A DNA stretch of 64,000 nucleotides from Acidimicrobiales bacterium (GTDB lineage: Bacteria > Actinomycetota > Acidimicrobiia > Acidimicrobiales > SZUA-35): positions 11,970 to 75,969 of the forward strand of contig JABDIY010000097.1 of NCBI GenBank assembly GCA_013003535.1. Reading direction: 5' to 3'. Shown here in pieces: positions 18,940 to 26,065 of this stretch. The notes below the pieces were generated by a model. The model worked only from the letters and a program-made list of their open reading frames with translations, was not told the DNA's origin and searched no databases. Numbering within the stretch: the stretch's first letter is position 1; every line of letters starts with the position of its first letter. The translations under genes and the position numbers were made by a program.

Positions 18940-19012
18940 CGGAACCACTCGCCTTCTGTCATCTTGACCGAACCCGAACTGATCTTCACCAGTTTGGCGC
19001 TTGTGGAGGTGC

Positions 19013-20455
19013 TCATGCCGATCCTTTTGGCGCAGCAGTTTCGAGAACAGCGGCGGCCTGGAAGATCGCCGCCTCACCCAGGATCGGTCCCAGCAACTGC
19101 ACACCTACCGGTAGATCGTGGGCTCCTGTACCGAAGGGAACCGAGATGGCCGGATGGCCTGCCAGGTTGGACGGGATAGTGCAAACGTCGTTGAGGTACA
19201 TCGCCAGCGGATCGGCCTTGGCCCCAAACGGAAAGGCCACACACGGCGAGGTCGGCGACAGCAGAACGTCGAAACGCTCATATGCCGCGTTGAAATCGTT
19301 GAGAATCAGTGTGCGGACACGCTGCGCCTTGCCATAGAACGCATCGTAGTAACCGGCCGAGAGAGCGTAGGTTCCCAGCATGATCCGTCGTTTCACTTCG
19401 GGTCCGAACCCCGCCGTCCGCGTTGCGATCATCATGTCGGCCGTGGTCAGGCCCTCGGTCACACGGTTGCCGTAACGTACGCCGTCGTAGCGCGCCAAGT
19501 TGCTGGATGCCTCGGCCGGGGCGATGAGGTAGTAGGCCGAGAGCCCGTAGATGGTCGAAGGGATGCTCACTTCCTCCACCGTTGCCCCTGCGTCGGCGAG
19601 AGCGTCAGCGGCAGCCCGGGTTTGGGCGAGCACCTCGGGCTCGAAGCCCTCGATCGCCTGACCCATGAGCTCGCTGATCACGCCCACCCGCAACCCCTGC
19701 GCACCCCTGCCCAGCGCCGCCATGACGTCGGGCACTGCGGCGGGGATGCTGGTGGAGTCCCGCGGGTCGTGCCCGGCGATGGCGACAAACGCGGCTGCAG
19801 CGTCCTCAACCGTGGTGGCGAAAGGGCCGATTTGATCCAGCGAGCTGGCGAATGCGATGAGCCCGTATCGGGAGATCGCCCCGTAGGTGGGCTTGAAACC
19901 CACCGTTCCGCACAATGCGGCGGGCTGCCGAATCGACCCTCCAGTATCGGATCCGAAACTCAACGGAACCATTCCAGCCGCTACGGCCGCCGCCGATCCA
20001 CCACTGGAGCCGCCCGGGACGCGCTCGGTGTCCAAGGGGTTTCTGGTAGCGCCGAAGGCGGAGTTCTCCGTGCTGGAGCCCATGGCGAACTCGTCCATGT
20101 TAGTCTTCCCAACGATGATCGCCCCGGCCTCTCGAAGGCGTTCCACCGAGGTGGCGTCATACGGAGGCTTCCAGCCATCGAGAATCCGACTGGAGCAGGT
20201 GGTCTCCAGGCCGTTCGTACACATGTTGTCCTTGAGAGCGACCGGCACACCCGCCAAGATGCCGGGATCGCGACCCTGGGCCACTGCTGAATCCACTGCG
20301 GCGGCAGCTTCGTAGGCCTGCTCGGTTGCCACGGTATTGAACGCGTGAATGCGGTCGTCCTCGGTCGTGACAACGGCCAGGCTTTCGGCCAGCACATCGG
20401 CGGCGGATCGTGCGCCGGAGCGAACTGCCACAGCGATCTTCAGTGCGGAGTCCAC
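19013..20455 (-). CDS. gatA: Asp/Glu-tRNA amidotransferase subunit A
   Basis: Amidase signature GGSSGGSAAAVAAG...GSDTGGSIRQPA. 480 aa. Lies directly after gatC. Confidence 0.95.
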   Translation of the reverse strand: MDSALKIAVAVRSGARSAADVLAESLAVVTTEDDRIHAFNTVATEQAYEAAAAVDSAVAQGRDPGILAGVPVALKDNMCTNGLETTCSSRILDGWKPPYDATSVERLREAGAIIVGKTNMDEFAMGSSTENSAFGATRNPLDTERVPGGSSGGSAAAVAAGMVPLSFGSDTGGSIRQPAALCGTVGFKPTYGAISRYGLIAFASSLDQIGPFATTVEDAAAAFVAIAGHDPRDSTSIPAAVPDVMAALGRGAQGLRVGVISELMGQAIEGFEPEVLAQTRAAADALADAGATVEEVSIPSTIYGLSAYYLIAPAEASSNLARYDGVRYGNRVTEGLTTADMMIATRTAGFGPEVKRRIMLGTYALSAGYYDAFYGKAQRVRTLILNDFNAAYERFDVLLSPTSPCVAFPFGAKADPLAMYLNDVCTIPSNLAGHPAISVPFGTGAHDLPVGVQLLGPILGEAAIFQAAAVLETAAPKGSA

Positions 20456-20757
20456 TAGGAACCTTCGCCGTGCGCAGGCGGCACTTTGAAACGGCCATCC
20501 TCGACGTCTGGGCCCATAGCCAACGCTGCCTCTCGACCGTCGAACTCCTCAACCACATCGTCCCTGAAGACGTTGACCAGCGGATAGGGATGCTGGGTAG
20601 GAGGAACATCGTCGACATTCAGTGCTTCGACGTCCTCGGCATGGCCCAAGATGGCCCCCAGTTGGGACGTGAAGGTCTCCAGTTCCTCCTCGGTGAGGCG
20701 GAGCATCGCAAGTTCCGCCACCCTCGCCACTTCGTCCCTTGTCAACGGTTCTGCCAC
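20455..20757 (-). CDS. gatC: Asp/Glu-tRNA amidotransferase subunit C
   Basis: 100 aa, LTRDEVARVAELAMLRLTEEELETFTSQL. The stop abuts the gatA start. Confidence 0.9.
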   Translation of the reverse strand: MAEPLTRDEVARVAELAMLRLTEEELETFTSQLGAILGHAEDVEALNVDDVPPTQHPYPLVNVFRDDVVEEFDGREAALAMGPDVEDGRFKVPPAHGEGS

Positions 20758-20787
20758 CGCAACAGGATAGGCCCCGCCAACTTGAGG

Positions 20788-21240
20788 TCAGACCTCGGTG
20801 AAGGCGATGATTCGGGCTGCAAGCTCCTGCGCTTCACGCGGGACGTCCTGGGTCTGGATCGCCTGCTGTTGGATGAGCGGCATCAGTTCGTTCAGATTGC
20901 CTTCCACCAGGATTCGGCCCCCGAAAATCGCCGGCATCATCGTCCCCATGAACGCCTCAGGTCCTTGGGAAGTGAAGAGCTCCGCTGCGGTGATGTAGTC
21001 GGTGGTAATCGAAACGTCGGCGGCATCCAGCGTCCCTTCCATGATCGCGAAACTGCCAGCCGTTGTGTCGATGTGGCCGCTCAGATCGTTCCGATGGGGA
21101 ATCCCGGTGATCGTGATGTTGACGGCCACTTTGGCTGGGGGCTCGGGCAGGCGGTCGCCGTAACGTAGCTCCACTTCCTCCCGTAGCTCAGTGGCCTTGG
21201 CGATCCACTCGTCGCTCAAAAAAAGAAGTCTTGCGCTCAT
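20788..21240 (-). CDS. SCP2 sterol-binding-domain-like protein
   Basis: 150 aa. VNITITG...DVSITTDYITAAELFTSQ...AFMGGRILVEGNLNELMPL follows the SCP2 pattern. Confidence 0.55.
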   Translation of the reverse strand: MSARLLFLSDEWIAKATELREEVELRYGDRLPEPPAKVAVNITITGIPHRNDLSGHIDTTAGSFAIMEGTLDAADVSITTDYITAAELFTSQGPEAFMGTMMPAIFGGRILVEGNLNELMPLIQQQAIQTQDVPREAQELAARIIAFTEV

Positions 21241-21338
21241 CAGGCGAAAGCGTACCGTCCAACAAAGCTCAGACTTCGAACGGGGGAAACCTCACTCAGG
21301 CAGTGGGCACCAACGGCTGAATCGTGGAGCGAGTCTCC

Positions 21339-23360
21339 TCAACGCCGGGTGATGATGGTGACCTCGGTTCCTACCCGAACACTGTCGGGGTTGGGCGGGT
21401 CGGTCACCAAGACCGGACGGTTCGGTGCGCCCTCCACTCCGATCACGACGAGGCCGAGCGCCTCAAGCCGAGATGTGGCCTGACTCACTGTCTGACCCCG
21501 GGTGTTTGGTACGGTCACAAATGGTTTCCCGGCGGAGACGATGGCAGCAACATCCCCCCCTTTGGGCACGAGGGCATTCGGAATGGGCAACGTGGAGATG
21601 ATCGAACCTTCGGGGACCACCAGGCTGTAGTCATCGCCGGCGATGGAAAGCGTGACGCCAAGCTGGGCCAACTGCGCGGTGGCGTCGTCAATCGAAACAC
21701 CGGTCAGGTTGGGCGTAGGGCGAGGCTTTGGTCCGCTGCTGATCGTCAGAGTGATCGTCTCGCCTTCTGGTACAGCCTCGCCAACGGGCAGGCTGGAGGT
21801 AATGACAAGATCGGCCGGAATGTCCTCGTCGAAGACCTCCTCGGCTTGCCCGGCCACCAGGCCAACGGCCCGAACAAGCTCAAGAGCCTCGCGGCGATCG
21901 ATCCCGACCACTGGTGGCACGGTGACGAGCGGGGGCCCTTCCGATACCAGAAGGGTCACGATCTGACCGGCGGCCCACCGATTGCCGGGGACGGGGTTTT
22001 GCGCCAAGACCTCGCCGGGCAGGGTGCCGCTCACCCGGTCGGTCACAACCGCGGGAACCCATCCCTCCTCCTTGAGGAGTGCCACCGCGTCTGGTTCGCT
22101 CATGCCAACGAAAGCTTCCAGCTCCGGGCCATCGATGGCGGCGGGAACAGGTACCGCCGCCACGTCGGATCGAAACACCGCCGACGAGACCAAAATCGTG
22201 ATCCCGGCCAAGACAATGAATCCCGCCATCACGTAGGGCCACAGCGTTCTGGTTGCGGAATCGAGATCAGCCATGTCACCCCGCGTATCGCTGGGGACGG
22301 CGTCTACTTCGCCCGAGCTGAGGCCCATGGCCGCCAGATCGTCATCGGCGAAGTGCAGGGCGAACGGGGTAAGGTCAACAACCTCCTCGCCGTCATCGTC
22401 TACATAAGACGGTGGCCGGCTGCCATTGTCGCCAAGAACGTCGGTACCACCGGTGCCGGTGACTTCGGGATAGTCCAGCGCTGAAGGAGCGTCATCGGCA
22501 AGATTGGCGAGGGGGAGCACATAGGGCCGAGGCAGGTCGGCGGCGGCGCGGTGAAAGCTTCGAATGAGGCGGCTGGCCGACGGCCGCTGCTCAGGGTTGG
22601 CCTTGGTCGCTGCGCTCAAACCCTCCCACAGTGGACCCAAACCGGCCGGGACTTCCACGTTGGTGTCTTGGCGGAGCACCATAGTGGCGATCGGGCTGTC
22701 GGCGATGAGGGGAACGTCGCCCGTGACCGCCTCGATAAGCGTGAGTGCGAGCGAGTACACGTCAGCCGCCCCGGTGACCGATACACCCGATCCCTGTTCT
22801 GGGGCGGCATAGCGAGCAGTCCCGATCAATGCGCCTTCTGGTTCGGTCCAAGCCGCTTCTGCAACGGCGCGGGCGATACCGAAGTCCGCGATTCGTAGTC
22901 GGCTATCCGGGCCGAACAGAAGGTTGGCGGGCTTGATATCGCGATGAACAAAACCGGCTGCATGCGCGGCCTCGAGGCCTTCCAGAGCGTGAAGTCCCAC
23001 AACCAGCGCCTGGCTGGGCGAAAGGAGATGACCTCGGTCCAGCATGTCTCGAAGGCTGCCCCCCACCAGCAGTTCCGTCACGATGTAGCAATCGCGACCT
23101 TCGGCCCAGTCATAGACGTTCAGGATCCGGGGATGAGCTAGTTGGGCCACTGCTCGGGCCTCGTTGCGGAAACGTTTCGCGAATTTCGGATCGTTGGCCA
23201 GGCTCTGGTGGAGCACCTTCACTGCCACCCGGCGCTCGAGAGAACGATCGTCGGCGGTGTACACCGTGGCCGAGGCTCCGGCCCCTATCGGACTTATGAG
23301 CTGGTAGCGGTCACCCAAGACGCGGCCAACATAGTTGTCGACAGTCACTCCCGGCATCAT
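21339..23360 (-). CDS. pknB: Ser/Thr protein kinase with four C-terminal PASTA domains (PknB-like)
   Basis: Trimmed to MMPGVTVDNY... so that it does not overlap cysS. It has GAGASATVY glycine loop, VAVK, HRDIKPANLL, DFGIA and APE, then one TM helix and four PASTA-like repeats (for example VTVPNTRGQTVSQATSRLEALGLVV). Confidence 0.9.
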   Translation of the reverse strand: MMPGVTVDNYVGRVLGDRYQLISPIGAGASATVYTADDRSLERRVAVKVLHQSLANDPKFAKRFRNEARAVAQLAHPRILNVYDWAEGRDCYIVTELLVGGSLRDMLDRGHLLSPSQALVVGLHALEGLEAAHAAGFVHRDIKPANLLFGPDSRLRIADFGIARAVAEAAWTEPEGALIGTARYAAPEQGSGVSVTGAADVYSLALTLIEAVTGDVPLIADSPIATMVLRQDTNVEVPAGLGPLWEGLSAATKANPEQRPSASRLIRSFHRAAADLPRPYVLPLANLADDAPSALDYPEVTGTGGTDVLGDNGSRPPSYVDDDGEEVVDLTPFALHFADDDLAAMGLSSGEVDAVPSDTRGDMADLDSATRTLWPYVMAGFIVLAGITILVSSAVFRSDVAAVPVPAAIDGPELEAFVGMSEPDAVALLKEEGWVPAVVTDRVSGTLPGEVLAQNPVPGNRWAAGQIVTLLVSEGPPLVTVPPVVGIDRREALELVRAVGLVAGQAEEVFDEDIPADLVITSSLPVGEAVPEGETITLTISSGPKPRPTPNLTGVSIDDATAQLAQLGVTLSIAGDDYSLVVPEGSIISTLPIPNALVPKGGDVAAIVSAGKPFVTVPNTRGQTVSQATSRLEALGLVVIGVEGAPNRPVLVTDPPNPDSVRVGTEVTIITRR

Positions 23361-23445
23361 CGCAAAGGATAGATGGTCAGGCCGCCATGCTCGGGTCACT
23401 CCTCTCGCAACCCGCCAACCGAGAGGTCTCCGGTACGGCTCTCGC

Positions 23446-24861
23446 TCAGAGACGGCGGGGCACAGGTCCCTGGGCGCCGTCTTCCACGGTCCACCCCGCG
23501 GTAGTGAGTTCATCCCGGATTTCGTCAGCCTCGGCCCAGTCTTTTGCAGCTCGAGCCGCGGTGCGCCGAACCACGAGCGCCGCTACCTCCTCGGGCACCA
23601 CCTCACCTTCAGCATTCAGTTCGAGCCCCAGCACGGTGGCGATCTCCAGGGCCGTCGCAGCGGCGATCCCGGCTGCCTCGATATCTTTTGAGTCCAACAG
23701 AGAGTTGGTCTCGCGAACCTTTCGAAACATCAGATCAACGGCGCCGGCGGTGTCCAGATCGTTCTCCATCACCGACCGGAATTCGCTCAAGGTCGTCGGG
23801 TCTGACTCAGTTGCCAGGGCTGCGGCTCGACGGGCGAACGAGTCGAGCCGACCGAGGGCGGCCACCGCATTGTTGAGCGATGTGTCGGTGACCTCGATGG
23901 GCGAACGGTAATGGCTTTGCAGGATCAACAGCCGGTAGGCCCGAGGGTCATACAGTTGGGCGAGATCCAGCAGGTTCTTCACGTTGCCGAGGCTCTTGCT
24001 CATCTTCTCGCCCTCGAGTTCCACAAACCCGTGGTGCATCCAATGGCGAGCGAAACGTTGACCGTTGGCGACCGCCTGGGCTCGTTCGTTCTCGTGGTGC
24101 GGAAAGACGAGATCGAGGCCACCGGTGTGGAGATCAAAGCCCTCCCCCAACAGATCCAGGCTCATGACGACACACTCGGTGTGCCAGCCGGGACGCCCCT
24201 CACCCCATGGAGAGGGCCACGCCGGTTCGCCCGGTTTTGAGAACTTCCAGAGAACGAAGTCCGCCGGGCTCTCCTTCTCCGTCCCGACCAAGGATCGCTC
24301 GCCGCCGCCCTCGAGGAGATCGTCGAGGTTTTGATTGGTGAGCAGCCCATAGTCAGGGACCGTCGACACCCGCAGATACACCCCGTCGGTAGTCACGTAG
24401 GCACTTCCGCCAGCTATCAGCGCGCCGATCAGGTCAACCATCTCCTCCACGTATTCGGTGGCGTGGGGCGTGTGGTCCGGGCGCAAAACGTTGTAGGAGT
24501 CCATCGATTTCCACCAAATCGCCTCACATTTGGTGGCGATTTCGGTCCACTCCCGATCTTCGTCGGCAGCTCGATTGATGATCTTGTCGTCGATGTCGGT
24601 GACGTTGGAGACGAAGGTGACCTCTAACCCTGACCACGTGAGGAAGCGTCGAAGGATGTCATACACCAGCGTCTGGCGCCCATGCCCGATATGCGGTGGG
24701 CCATAGACCGTTGGGCCACAGACGTACATCGACACCCGCCCGGGGTCTCGCAGCTTGAGCGGAGCAACCTGGCCACGGGCGGTGTCATAGAGCGAAATCA
24801 CACCCCCGATCCTAGAAGCGATCTGGTGGCTGACCCGGACTATTATTCGCCTACCTCCCAC
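23446..24861 (-). CDS. cysS: Cysteine--tRNA ligase
   Basis: CGPTVYGPPHIGHGR (HIGH) and KMSKSLGN (KMSKS). The start may instead be the GTG at 24801 (VISLYDT...). Confidence 0.95.
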   Translation of the reverse strand: MGGRRIIVRVSHQIASRIGGVISLYDTARGQVAPLKLRDPGRVSMYVCGPTVYGPPHIGHGRQTLVYDILRRFLTWSGLEVTFVSNVTDIDDKIINRAADEDREWTEIATKCEAIWWKSMDSYNVLRPDHTPHATEYVEEMVDLIGALIAGGSAYVTTDGVYLRVSTVPDYGLLTNQNLDDLLEGGGERSLVGTEKESPADFVLWKFSKPGEPAWPSPWGEGRPGWHTECVVMSLDLLGEGFDLHTGGLDLVFPHHENERAQAVANGQRFARHWMHHGFVELEGEKMSKSLGNVKNLLDLAQLYDPRAYRLLILQSHYRSPIEVTDTSLNNAVAALGRLDSFARRAAALATESDPTTLSEFRSVMENDLDTAGAVDLMFRKVRETNSLLDSKDIEAAGIAAATALEIATVLGLELNAEGEVVPEEVAALVVRRTAARAAKDWAEADEIRDELTTAGWTVEDGAQGPVPRRL

Positions 24862-24891
24862 GCTCGGGGTGATGCCCTAGGGTGAAACACT

Positions 24892-25947
24892 GTGCGCCGA
24901 AGGGTCGTTCACGAGGGGCGTCAAGATGAGCAACAAGACAGCCGACAGGAGAGTGTGACTACCTTGGCCTCAGAGTCGGCAAGCGCATCCGCCACCACAA
25001 CCTCTGTAGTCGTTGGCGTCATCACCTTTCGTCGTCCGCAGAAGCTGGCGCGTTTGCTCAACAGCCTGGAGAGCGTCCAGGCTCCGGCGCCTTGGATATG
25101 GAACGGCGTGGTGATCGTGGACAACGACCCCGACGGATCGGCTCGCTCAACTGTGGAGCAATGGACCAATCGCCTGCCCAAGGTCACCTACATCAGCGAG
25201 ACGAACACCGGCCTCTCGGTGGCTCGAAACCGCGCCGTGCAGGCAGCTCGCGACGCCAACGCCGACTGGTTGGCTTTCATCGATGATGACGAGGAAGCCA
25301 GCGTGCAATGGTTGACCGAGCTGGCGGGCACCCAACGCGCCACGAACGCCGACGCCGTCCTCGGTAACACGCAGTTCCTTTTTGAGGAGTCGCCACCGGC
25401 ATGGCTCGAAGGTTCACGGGTCTATGAGTTTCGACCCGACGTCCCAGACCAGCAGCCCATCCATCATCTGGCCACGAACAACGTGCTGCTCCGCACCGCA
25501 CTAGTGGAGGAACTGGGCCCACTGTTCGACGAACGGTTCAGCAAGACCGGGGGCGAAGACCACCATCTCGGTAGACGGCTGCTACGGGCGGGTTACACGA
25601 TCGCTCAGTCCACGATGGGCCAGACGATCGAATGGGTACCACCCGACCGGATGCCACTGGCCGTCGTTCTGCGACGACTCCAGCGCGACGGAAACACGCT
25701 GACAATTGTTGATCTTTCATTTGCCAGCTCGCCGCTGGAAGGCATCCGAGTGAGGCTGCGCCACCTGGCCGAGGGACTTGCAAAACTCCCACTCGGCGTG
25801 GCGAGAGCGGTGGTGTATGGGATTCAGGATGGACGTAGCGGCATCCTGCGAGGGCTCAAGACGTCAGTCATCGGCTTCGGTCAACTGAAGGCCGTTATCG
25901 GCATGGACGTTCTGGGGTATCACCAGCCGGATTCTGACGCCATCTGA
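24892..25947 (+). CDS. Family 2 glycosyltransferase
   Basis: VVVGVITFRRPQKLARLLNSL, DNDPDGS and the AFIDDDE (DxD) motif. GTG start. Confidence 0.75.
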   Translation: MRRRVVHEGRQDEQQDSRQESVTTLASESASASATTTSVVVGVITFRRPQKLARLLNSLESVQAPAPWIWNGVVIVDNDPDGSARSTVEQWTNRLPKVTYISETNTGLSVARNRAVQAARDANADWLAFIDDDEEASVQWLTELAGTQRATNADAVLGNTQFLFEESPPAWLEGSRVYEFRPDVPDQQPIHHLATNNVLLRTALVEELGPLFDERFSKTGGEDHHLGRRLLRAGYTIAQSTMGQTIEWVPPDRMPLAVVLRRLQRDGNTLTIVDLSFASSPLEGIRVRLRHLAEGLAKLPLGVARAVVYGIQDGRSGILRGLKTSVIGFGQLKAVIGMDVLGYHQPDSDAI

Positions 25948-26065
25948 AGCTCGAGGCCCGGACGTCCAAAGCATTGGATCGCCGATCAGGACATAGGTCA
26001 TTCGATTCATTTCGCGGTGCATTCACCCTCTACAGACCATTGCGAAACGCGCCGACATATCACGC

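Noticed and set aside
19118-22484. Long antisense ORFs 19118-20290 (390 aa, opposite gatA) and 21324-22484 (386 aa, opposite pknB).
   Set aside because: Same reasoning. The annotated strand has catalytic signatures and these frames are Arg/Gly-rich without motifs. Similar shadow ORFs were dismissed at 8702-9430, 26060-26848, 35963-36730, 36792-37508, 38998-39918, 44876-45940, 52145-52693, 54508-55065 and 59226-60356.
25999-26041. A series of CATT(C) direct repeats upstream of the HD-GYP gene.
   Set aside because: The spacing is irregular (9, 12 and 18 nt) and the core is very short, so it is compatible with chance.
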